NCBI GenBank assembly: GCA_951804945.1
Contig: OX638153.1
Location: forward strand, 20,770,001 to 20,834,000
Length of the DNA stretch: 64,000 nucleotides
Source: Podarcis cretensis
Taxonomy: Eukaryota
Direction of reading: 5' to 3'
How positions within the stretch are numbered: the first letter of the stretch is position 1; every line of letters begins with the position of its first letter. Below are positions 38,170 through 48,778 of the stretch, one piece after another. The notes under the pieces were generated by a model, which ran no database searches, was not told where the DNA came from, and worked only from the letters and a program-made list of their open reading frames with translations. A program made the position numbers and the translations under genes.

Positions 38170-39960
38170 CTCTATTATTATTATTATTTATTGAATTTAT
38201 ATACTGCCCTATACCCAGAGGTTTCAGGGCGGTTCCCAGAACAAAATCAAAATATAAAACCACAAAAAATATAATCAAAACAACCCAATAACCCCCCCCC
38301 CCACACACACACATTTTAAAAGGGCATAGGATGTCAGTCAAATCAACCAAAGGCCTGGTTAAAAATGAATGTTTTTCCTTGGCTCTTAAGGTAAAGGTAC
38401 TCCTGCCCGTACGGGCCAATCGTGTCCGACTCTAGGGTTGTGCGCCCATCTCACTTAAGAGGCCAGGGGCCACTGCTGTCCAGAGACACTTCCGGGTCAC
38501 ATGGCCAGCGTGACAAAGCTGCTCTGGCGAGCCAGCACCAGCGCAGCACACGGAAACGCCGTTTACCTTCCCGCTATAAAGCGGTACCTATTTATCTACT
38601 TGCACTTAGGTGTGCTTTCGAACTGCTAGGTGGGCAGGAGCTGGGACCGAAAGACGGGAGCTCACCCCGCCGTGGGGATTCGAACCGCCGACCATACGAT
38701 CGGCAAGTCCTAGACACTGAGGTTTTACCCACAGCGCCACCCGCGTGGCTCTTAAAGGTGTATTATGAAGGCGCCAGGCGAACTTCCCTGGGAAGAGCAT
38801 CCCACAGATGGGGAGCCACTGCCGAGAAGGCCCGTTCTTGTGTTGCCACCCTCTGGACCTCTCATGGAGAAGGCACACAAAGAAGGGCCTCAGAAGTTGA
38901 TCTCAGGGTCTGGGTAGGTTCATAGGGAAAGAGGCGATCCTTGAAGCATTGTGGTCCTGAGCTGTTTAAAGCTTTATAGGTAAAAACCAGCACTTTGAAT
39001 TGGGCCCAGAAACTAATTGGTAGCCAGTGCAGTTGGACCAGGATCCGTGTAATATGCTCAAACTGTCTTGCTCCGGTGAGCAACCTGGCTGCTGAATTCT
39101 ATACTAGCTGAAGTTTCTGAACAGTCTTCAGAGGCAGCCCTACATATAACACATTGCAGTCATCTAACCTTGAGGTTACCAGAGCATAGACAACAGTAGT
39201 TAGGCTATCCCGAACTACTAGGGGCATAGTTTGGGCCACAAGCCGAAGCTGATGGAAGGCACTCTGGGCCACTTGAGGCCACCTGAGCCTCAAGCGACAC
39301 CAAAGGATCCAGGAGTACCCCCAAGCTATGAACCTGCTCCTTCAGAGGAAGTGTAACCCCATCAATATCAGGCGACCTCCCACCCATCCGCTCTAGGGAA
39401 CCACCCACTAACAGTGCCTCAAGTCCTATCTGGATTGAGATTCAGTTTGTTGGGTCTCATCCAGTCCATTACTGAGGCAAGACACTGGACCAGCACTTTC
39501 ACTGCCTCACCTGAAGATGTAAAGGAGAAATAGAGCTGAATATCATCAGCATACTACTGACAACATACTCCGAACCTCCGGATAACCACACCCCCAGTGG
39601 TTTCATGTAGATGTTAAAAAATGTGGGGGTTAGGATTGATCCCTGTGGAACCCCACATTGAAGGTTCCATGGGGCTGAAAAGCATTACCCAAGCAATACC
39701 CTTTGCAAGCAATAACCATCCAAGTAGGACTGGAACCACCGCAAAGTGGTGCCACCCACCCTTAGTTCAGACAGTCGCTCCAGAAGGATACCATGGTCGA
39801 TGGTAACAAAAGCCGCTGAGAGATTGAGAAGAATTAGCAGGGACATGTTTCCCTTGTCTCTCTCTCTTGACAGAGGTCATCATACAGAACAATCAAAGCA
39901 GTTTCTGTGCCCAAACCGAGCCTAAACCCCAACTGAAATGGGCCAAGATAGTATTGTTTT
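38170..39960 (-). mobile_element. L2-clade LINE fragment (degenerate reverse transcriptase and C-terminus)
   Basis: Minus-strand peptides YADDIQL (~39545), ALVTSRLDDCNVLYVGLP, HITRILVQLHWLP...FKVLVFTYKALN; (TAA)n tail at the left end. Confidence 0.9.
38389..38746 (-). mobile_element. Sauria SINE nested in the L2 fragment
   Basis: Family match; TSD tggctcttaa on both sides. Confidence 0.92.
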
Positions 39961-41884
39961 CCTCTTTGAAAACCAACCAACAAGAAGCGAGTTTGGGCAT
40001 TGAAGCTTCAGCCCTGAGAATTTATTTGGGAGTAAGTTCTATTAAACTGGGCAATTGGGACAGATTAGGGATTCTGCTGGTTTACCCACCCATCTGTCAA
40101 GCAGTCTCTGAAGCAGTGTTGAGGACTCCCATACTGCTGGTTCTGGGAGACTTCAACTTCCATGCTGAGGCAGCTGGAAGTGGGGTGGCAGAAAAAGGTC
40201 CTCCTTTCCTTCCACTCTGCAGTTTTAATCTGAAATCTTAAGCACAGTACTAGAACACCAGAATGCAGAAACAACTCCCATCATTCTTAGCTAGCAGGAC
40301 CAGTGGTCAGGGATGATGGGAACTGTAGCAAAAACAGCTGGAGAGATCAAAGTTTGTGAAACTCTGGTCTACACTCTACAGCTTGAAAGGAAAACGAAAT
40401 CCTAAACTCTGACTGTGTATGGACATGTGTAAGAGAGAAAGAGATCCCTGAGATGGTATACCTAACCATCAGCAATATAACTATAAATAAAAAACCAGGC
40501 AAGCCCCCCCCCTTTACATGTGAGACTAGTCTCTTCAAAAGAGGATGAGGAAGTAAATTGAGCCCATGGATGTAGCACTACTGAATACAAGGCAGGGAGA
40601 CACCTCCCGTTCCATACAAATATTCCCAGAACATCGTGGAATTGAAATCCAATGATAAGATGAAAGCAGAATAATCAAAGGAGCATAACAACACGAAATA
40701 GTGAAAGTATGGCAAATAAAGAGGTGAATGTGTCAGACAAGCCTCCCTAATGAGAGTGTGGTGCAAACAGGGCTGCACCGCTGACAAATGACTTCTTCCC
40801 AAGGTACTACCAGCCTGAAAATGTTTTATTCAGAATAATGGCTCCTTTAAGGGAAGTAGCACTACTGTATTATGTAATGGGGAAGCTAAAAGCATCTTCC
40901 GTCAGTTGGATGGCACAACTGAACAGGCCTTCTCTCCAGTGACACTTGCCTCATCTTAGATGGCAGTGGCACATATAGGAGTGCACTAAAAACTATATGC
41001 ATGCACAGGTAGGTTGATGTGGAGGAGGAAATCCCCCAGGTATCTTCATCCCAATCTAGACAGCTGTAAAGCACACACAGTGAAGCAGAATAGCTTTATA
41101 GAGGAAGCATGTTGCAACAGATGACTTACAAACTAGCCCCGTCTGTCTGAGTGCTTATCTGCTCCCTTGTACTCAGCTTTCATATTTGTATATAAAACTT
41201 CACAACTGTCCACTACACCTTCATCATAAGGAAGCAGAACTTGTAAAAAAGTGTCCATGGACATCCAGCTACTCAGGGAAATGGGGAGTGCAAAGCAATG
41301 CCAAGCCTCATACTACAGGGAAAGGGTGGAGGGAACTAGCACCTCCACCTGGCTTATTTGATCTGTGCAGGTGGTGGTGGGGGGGGCCCTTCTGATCCTG
41401 AAGGGTGCAAGCCTTGTGCAGCCTATTTCATTATAATTAGACACGACTTACTAGTCTTCAACAATATTTGTATTTAAAAAAAATTAAACATGCAGCATCA
41501 AATTCCAGATGGGGATTTATGACATAACAGCTCAGGAATTGTAAAGTGTATTGAAACAGATTTCATGAACATTTTCAAAATTATTACTTGCACATTTTGG
41601 CTTTGCTGATCATGACTAATTTGCAACAACAAAAGCAGCATCACATGGGGATCATTGTGGGAGTTATTCTACCATTAAGGTCTGAGCCATGGAATTTTGT
41701 AAAAGGCCCCTCTGGCAAATCCAGCTAATGACTTTCTGACAGCTCCCAAAAAGCTGAGCACAATCTATGCTGCCACGGAAACACTTCTTTACTAAAAGCG
41801 CTGCTTTTTAAGAGTTGAATCATCTTCTTCAGTTATTTTTCAGTTTACTACCAGGTATCTGTTCCTACCTCCACTTTGCATTTA

Positions 41885-42124
41885 CAGTGGTACCTCGGGT
41901 TACAGACGCTTCAGGTTACAGACTCCGCTAACCCAGAAATAAGAACCCAGAAATAAGAACTCGGGATAAGAACTTTGCTTCAGGATGAGAACAGAAATCA
42001 TGCAGCAGCAGCGCAGCGACAGCAAGAGGCTCCATTAGCTAAAGTGGTACCTCAGGTTAAGAACAGTTTCAGGTTAAGAACGGACCTCCAGAGTGAATTA
42101 AGTTCTTAACCTGAGGCACCACTG
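41885..42124. mobile_element. Tc1/mariner MITE
   Basis: TA|cagtggtacctcgggtt...aacctgaggcaccactg|TA. Confidence 0.9.
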
Positions 42125-42948
42125 TACTGTTCTCCCATTTGATATATTTTAGGATGCAAAAAGCCTTTATTTTAGTAATGTATCACCATCTCCTTTCCAC
42201 TCTATCATAAAAACAAAAATGCCAACAGACTGAACTAGTGCACCTCTATTCTGAACACATCTTTTTCATAGTTCCACTAACAATTCAAAGTGAAGGAATC
42301 ATTTCCATTTTTTAATTAAAAACAGCTGATCTTAATTGGTAGGGCTCAATACTGGAAGCGGTTAAATTTGCAAATAGGAGATCAAGGTGGGGTTCAATGA
42401 AGACAACATGGGTGTAAATCACAAAATGTGGCATTATTCTTACACGGGAAACTTTGCATTTCTTGGTGTAACAGCATGAGGCAGATCCCACTATCACAGA
42501 AACATTTAGCAGCAGCTGCTGCAACATGATTAGAAATGTGCTTCATGGTATGTAAGTGGATATAAAGACAAGTGTTATATTGCCATCCTTTGATACTACA
42601 GACTGCTTCTGTGAGAGGGAGAGGGTCTGTAGAGATCTGTGATAGCAAGTGTCTCCCGAAACACTGCATTCTCCTTCAGCCCTGTCTGGGGGTAAATAAT
42701 TGTTACCATTCTGCATTACAAAACAAAATAATATCACTGGTACCAAACTGCATGGGAAACAGTCCTACTAGAAAAGCTAACCAACACATTGAAACGAACA
42801 CAGGGACAAACAAGGATGCCCTCACCCTAGTATGGCTCCCCTTTATTACATATACAGCCCCACAAGACAACAACATAACCCCCACCCCAAGAGCATACAA
42901 ACTGATATGGCTAATCTGACCCAACACACACACACACGCTGGGCCCTT

Positions 42949-42980
<32 letters not shown>

Positions 42981-43860
42981 CCCTCACTGCAATCAACTAA
43001 ATGCAACTAACCATGCTCTGGGCTCTCCAACCTCTCCTACTGCCAACAAAAGCAAACAAACAGATAAAGAACCTATCCTCACAATGCTAACACAAAAAAC
43101 TATGAAAATCTTTTCATAAAAACAATAAAAATACAATGAATTAACAATAAGCAAACTTTAAAAAGGTACCATCTTGGGGAAAGATGTCTCACTCTGCCCC
43201 TAAGGCCAGGGTCCTAAACTCCCAAAGCAAAATAATCTGGTGTACCTCCACTAATTCACTAATTGCCAAGCCCCGCCCCGCCCTGCCCCAAAGTTCCTGA
43301 CAGAGAAAATACACAGCCGGTGGTCACTCAGCAGCCCTGCAGTGCATAGTTTCAAGCCATGGCTCTGCTTAGCTTACAGGTGAGGGATGGGATAGAGAGC
43401 AGACACTTAAGAGCTCTGCTTCATCATTTAGGAGTTAAATGAGGTTCCATTCCAACCACTGACAAAACAATACCCAGGTTGTTGGTTTTTCTGGGGGCTC
43501 GCCCAGTTCCCTGCAATGCCCAGACTTACCCTCTACTTGCTGCCTGCTCTCCATTGCCAGCTGATGTTGGGTCCTGCAAGGATTGCTATGTGAGCTTTCA
43601 TCCAGGTCAGACTACTAGGTTCTGGCTGGAAATAACAGCTGATTTCCATCACCATCCTATAAGCTTCAGCTGTGCTAGCACAAATCTACATAATTCACTG
43701 TGATGCACCACAGCTGCCCTAAGAAGCTTGGTTCTTCCTTTACTTGAGGCCTCCAACACTATTACTTTAAACAGGATCAAAAGGGGAAATAGGAGTCTTC
43801 CACAGTGCCAAAGTCTCAGCATTGCTGCCACCAATTGCAATCAATCAATCAGTCAATAAA

Positions 43861-44372
43861 TGTCCAGTAGCACGCGAAAGCTTATACCCAGAACAAACTT
43901 AGTTGGTCTCTAAGGTGCTAAAAAGGTAAAGGTAAAGGTACCCCTGCCCGTACGGGCCAGTCTTGACAGACTCTGGGGTTGTGCGCCCATCTCACTTAAG
44001 AGGCCAGGGGCCAGCGCTGTCCGGAGACACTTCCGGGTCACATGGCCAGCGTGACAAAGCTGCATCTGGCGATCCAGCGCAGCACACGGAAACGCCGTTT
44101 ACCTTCCCGCCAGTAAGCGGTCCCTATTTATCTACTTGCACCCGGGGGTGCTTTTGAACTGCTAGGTTGGCAGACGCTGGGACCGAGCAGCGGGAGCGCA
44201 CCCCGCCGCGGGCATTCGAACCGCCGACCTTCCGATCGGCAAGCCCTAGGCGCTGAGGCTTTTACCCACAGCGCCACCTGCGTCCCTTCTCTAAGGTGCT
44301 ACTGGACAATTATTTATTTATTTTATTTATTTTGGCTGCGTCAGACCAACACTGCTACCTACCTGATTCTAG
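43861..44372. mobile_element. Penelope-like terminal remnant interrupted by a Sauria SINE
   Basis: Inverted ends tgtccagtagcac / gtgctactggaca; cgaaagcttata...ttggtctctaaggtgcta motif; family assignment from memory. Confidence 0.55.
43924..44286 (-). mobile_element. Sauria SINE
   Basis: Full length and CpG-rich; 14-bp TSD tctctaaggtgcta. Confidence 0.93.
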
Positions 44373-45472
44373 AACCAATTGCCTAGTTATTCACTTTGTC
44401 TCAAGGCCAGTAGGATCCTGAATTCAGGAGTAACTTATACGAGAAGGAATCTAGTCGTCTGCTGTACCAGTTCTTCCAAACTTACTTCTATATATATACA
44501 CACACACCACTTCAGCACTTACTAGTAACTTTCACCTTTAACAGTCAAGAAGCTTGTGGGTACTACTAGCGTTGCAAGTTATACAAGGCAGGGTGTATAT
44601 TTAGCAATTTAACTAAGAAGAAATTATAGGCTGTCACAAGGAAAGAACAATAAACTGTATAACACTAAAATTAAGCAACGTGTTTCAGAAGTCTTACTCT
44701 AGACTGGTGTTATATCAAGAGTGGTTTCTCAAAGCCGTTGGAGTAGTTTTCTCATGTTTCAAATGAACTTTAACTCCAGCAGCCCTAAAGACGTTGCAAA
44801 GGAGGCTGAATATGGAGGAATAAGCCACAGTCCTCTTAAATTCCCTTTTATAGGAAGCCTGCCTAGTAACCTGAGAACAACATCATAAACTCTTAACTGT
44901 AAGCTAATGGCAGTTGTTCACAAAAGTTCACTAAAGTCCAGTTAGAACAAATATGGCAACTTTTGTCTAAGACAAAAGAAACTTCTTCTGGGTACTATGC
45001 GGAAAACAAATGGTCTTGTTCCGAAGACGTAATTAAGAATATTTCCACTGGAGTCTAGACAATGCAGTTAGCCGTTCATTATCTTCCCTCAGTCAGTTCC
45101 TGCGACAGGAGACAGTCCTCCTGATATCAGATCCTAAACCATTTAAACCAAGACCAGCACCATGAATTAGACCCCCAAATAAAATGGAACCCAGTGCAGC
45201 TTATAAAGTACAAATAGGTATAAGAAGGTCAAATGACCATGTTCCCGTCACAGGTCCTTCTACCACGTTTTGTTCCATCAATGAAGGTTTGTGAACACCT
45301 TTGTTTTATTGATGTTGATCTACATAAGCCATCTTTCAAGGATTAGCCCTCCCATAGTGGCTCACAATGTATTTTTTAAAATGATAGTATCTTATAACAT
45401 AATTACAAAGCCTAAAACCACACTATAACAGGCAGCCCCATGTAAAATGTATCATAGTACTCTGGCATAGGC

Positions 45473-45630
45473 CATGGGCGTAGCCAGGATTTATGTTGGG
45501 AGGGCAGGAGTTTTTTTTGGGGGGGGCCAGAACCGAGCTATCTGCGACTCAATTGGTCAGTTAGTTAAGTATCTTTATTTACTTGATGGGGGGCATCTGC
45601 CCCACCTGCACCCCCCTGGCTACACCCATG
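45473..45630. mobile_element. hAT-type MITE
   Basis: TIR catgggcgtagccagg / cctggctacacccatg; degenerate 8-bp TSD. Confidence 0.7.
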
Positions 45631-45644
45631 GCATGCGCCTATGT

Positions 45645-45780
45645 CAGGCATAGGCAAACTTGGCCCTCCAGATGTTTTGGGACTACAATTCCCATCATTC
45701 CCGACCACTGGTCTTGCTAGCTAGGGATCATAGGAGTTGTAGGCCAAAAACATCTGGAGGGTCGAGTTTGCCTATGCCTG
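45645..45780. mobile_element. hAT-type palindromic MITE
   Basis: TIR caggcataggcaaact; perfect 8-bp TSD gcctatgt. Confidence 0.9.
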
Positions 45781-46219
45781 GCCTATGTAACAATGGAAAG
45801 ATCAGCTTCCTCCAATAAAGACCACATATTGGCCTAGATATCACCTGCTTATCCAGGCAGAAGACAGGATCCATAAATATCCCCAGGCTACACACCTGCT
45901 TCTTTAGGAAGAGTACAGCCCCACCCAAAACCAGGCGAAAGACAGCTTCCTAGGTCATACCTGCCTCCTGTCATCCATTATTCTATTTTGTCTGCCATAA
46001 GCTCCAGTTTGTTAGCCCATATCCAATCCTTTCATTGCTTTCAGATGCTGATTCAGAATTCCCACAGCTTCCCTACAATCAGATCAAAAGGAGATTCAGA
46101 GCTGGGCAATCTTAGCCAGTGGTTTTGTGCAGATACCGAATTAGACAGACCCCTGCAGAACACCCAAAGCCAATGGTCACAGGATTGGAAATGTGTTGGA
46201 GAAAGACAAAAGTTGAGAG

Positions 46220-46337
46220 CAGTGGCGTAGCATGGGGGGTGCAGGGGGGCCGGCCACACCGGGCGCAACATCTGGGGGTTAGGGGGCGCAAATTACTTGC
46301 CTTGCCCCGGGTGCTGACAACCCACGCTACGCCACTG
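46220..46337. mobile_element. hAT-type MITE
   Basis: TIR cagtggcgtagc; perfect 8-bp TSD gttgagag. Confidence 0.9.
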
Positions 46338-46466
46338 GTTGAGAGGAAAATTGGGTAGTTTATTCCCCAATTAAAGAAGTTGCTTATTTGAAGAGATGGT
46401 ATAGCATGGATGGTGGCCAAGTTAGAGGTGACATCAACATGGCTTCCCTCCAATATTCCTGGGAAT

Positions 46467-46591
46467 CAGACAATAGAAAATTTAACGAAAGATTTGCAGA
46501 GAAACTGAGGGAAGTCAAAAATTGATGAATGTGAGAGTTAATATGAGTTGATTGTATAAAAATGTTTGGAAAATGAATAAAAATTTATTAT

Positions 46592-46637
<46 letters not shown>

Positions 46638-46684
46638 TTGATGTATATTTACTATATATATATATATATTTACTATATAAAAAT
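46467..46684 (+). mobile_element. L1-like 3' fragment whose tail has become (TA)n
   Basis: 15-bp TSD aatattcctgggaat; AATAAA before the (TA)n tract; gggaagtc motif similar to the 23322 insert. Confidence 0.75.
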
Positions 46685-47049
46685 AATATTCCTGGGAATT
46701 ACAGGAGCCAACTCTTAGTGGCCAAGGTCCATTTGGAGCCTGCAATAAAATATTTGAGGGAACTGCCCCCCCCAGTTGATTGACATTGCCATTTAAATAG
46801 TGCGTGTGTGCTGCATCACATGATTGATCATGTGGGTGGGGTGTTCAAGTTGGCACGCCTGTTGGGAACTGTAGTTTATTAAGGGTGCTTGTTAGTTCTA
46901 TGAGGGTGTAAGCAACACTTCCCAGGATGCTTTGGGGCAAGCCACATGTTGGACGCTACCAGAGTACGTATGAGCTGCGGTTCAGTTGCTCCCTTAATTA
47001 CAAATCCTATCTCAGCCATTTCACTTACCAGATGGCCTCTGACAAGCCA

Positions 47050-48470
47050 CCGTATTTTCTGAGCGTCAGTCACGCATCTCCAATGTGGGCGTAACAATAC
47101 TGGCCTGCCTTGCAAGGCCCGTTGCGTGGATAAACGGCCGTTATGTGGAACGCTTCCAACACTCGGCGAAGTGCCGCTTGTCGCTATTGCCGAAGAGCAA
47201 CGGCAGAAGCGAAGTACTTTATGAAATGGGAGGCGTGAAGAGCGCGCCCGCGGAGCTGAGGCGGAGAAGGGACGGTGCTCCTCTCCAGGCGAGAGCCGCC
47301 CCTTCAGCCTAGGCTGGGGCGGCGAAAGGGGCGCGCGCCGACGCCTCTCCGCGCAAAGGGACGCGCGCGAATTGTGAGGTAATTTTTGCGCTGTGAGGCG
47401 AAGCGCCTTTATGCAGGCGCGCGCTCGCTCGCGCGCAGGGAGTTGAAAACGCAGCTCGGGGAGGGTTTTGTCCGCGTCAGCCGCTGGGGTCCCCGTAGGG
47501 TGGCGTCGAGAGGAGACGAGACCCGTCGCGTGGGGAGGGGGTGGGGGTTAGGGCGCCCGCCCCTGTGGCCGCGGGAGGGCGCCTGGCCTCGCCCTCAGAT
47601 GGCTCACCCCTCTGCCAGCAGGGCGGGTCGGGTAGCATGGACAGGAGGAAAGCGAAGGAGAAGTGGCGGCGGCGGCGGCGGCGGCAGCAGCAGCCACGCT
47701 CCCCTCCCGCCGGTGCCTATCGCTTTAAGGGGCTGCCGCGGCCGGGAGGAGAGTAGTGGCTGAGGCGCGCCGCTGCCGCCTCCTCCGCCTCATTTCCTCG
47801 CTCGCTCACAGGAAGTGGGGCCGCTGCTGCGCGGCGCAGCCTGCAGTCCAACAGCAGCAGCAGCAGCAAGAGCTGCTAGTTGAGCCGAGGAAGAAGCAGC
47901 AGCGGCAGGAGGAGGAGGAGGAGGGGGAGGCTCCGTTCTGAGGTGAGTCTTGCGGGGCGCGCGGGCCACGTTCGCCGTTCTCCCCTTCCTCCCCCCCTAT
48001 CTCAGCCTCCCCCGTGGCTTTGGCGCATCTGCCCCAAGCAGGTTCTTTCACTCCTTCCTTCGCTCCTGGTGCCACGATTGCCGCCCACCGACCCACCCCC
48101 ACCCCCACCATGACACCCAAATCTAGGCTCTCCAGAGCAGCTCTAGTCCAAAGTCCTTTGCGCACGTCCTCGGCTCGTTGTGGTGTCCACTCGCCCACCC
48201 CCGGGAATGTGTGTGTGTGCAGGATGGGTAACAACTCTTGGATACCTACCTACACACCTGCGTGTGTGTGTGTTTCTTTTTCTTAAAGAAACCCTCCGCC
48301 TCGCCGTATCTTAACTCTTTCTTCCCTCCCGCCGGTGCCCCATTACAGAAGAGCCTTCTATCCTTCCTTCCTCAAAAATCCTCTCGGGGCTTCAGGACGC
48401 CAAGCCGAAGATCTCTGAATGCAAATCGGGTGACGCCTTGGGCTCCTCGTTCGTGCAGTCTGGTTGCAGA
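47050..48470 (+). promoter_or_regulatory. CpG island promoter of CSGALNACT2
   Basis: Sharp rise in GC and CpG; GC boxes, GCGCGC motifs, ETS site CAGGAAGTG (~47809), GGC/CAG/GAG runs; strong donor AG|GTGAGT at 47942/47943. Confidence 0.85.
47750..47942 (+). other. CSGALNACT2: non-coding exon 1 of CSGALNACT2 (5' end approximate)
   Basis: Lies in the CpG island and ends at ctgag|gtgagt; next coding sequence on this strand is CSGALNACT2. Confidence 0.7.
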
Positions 48471-48632
48471 GTGGTGGCAGGCAATATCCCCCGCCCCCAC
48501 TCCACCTTTCCAGAGCTTATATATCTTGGGGAATAGCGTTTCTGTCATAGGAATTACTTGATTATAGCATCAAGGCTGGCGGTTATTCCGAATAAATTGA
48601 TATAGGTTAGACTAAGTTGAAATGCTAGAAGA

Positions 48633-48778
48633 TAGCCTGGATGGCTCAGTTGGTTAGAGCATGGTGCTCATATTGCCAAGGTTGCAGGTTCAATCCGTGT
48701 ACAGGGCAGCTGCATATTCCTGCATTGCAGGGGGTTGAACTAGATGACCCTCAGGGTCCCTTCCAATTTTATGATTCT
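48633..48778 (+). mobile_element. tRNA-derived SINE with CR1-like tail
   Basis: A box tggctcagttgg, B box ggttcaatcc, tail ggtcccttccaa...atgattct. Confidence 0.8.

Noticed and set aside
38422-38925. 167-aa ORF
   Set aside because: Spans an antisense Sauria SINE and L2 sequence; similar pseudo-peptides recur at each SINE copy
38862-39408. ORFs resembling reverse transcriptase C-terminus as an active gene
   Set aside because: Frameshifted, truncated L2 remnant interrupted by a SINE
47085-48561. Many overlapping ORFs with poly-G/Q/E/C runs
   Set aside because: Stop-codon depletion in a CpG island plus triplet repeats; no protein similarity recognised
48633-48705. tRNA gene-like sequence (also 51310, 14300)
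   Set aside because: A/B boxes are present but there is no intact cloverleaf, and each continues into a SINE body and tail
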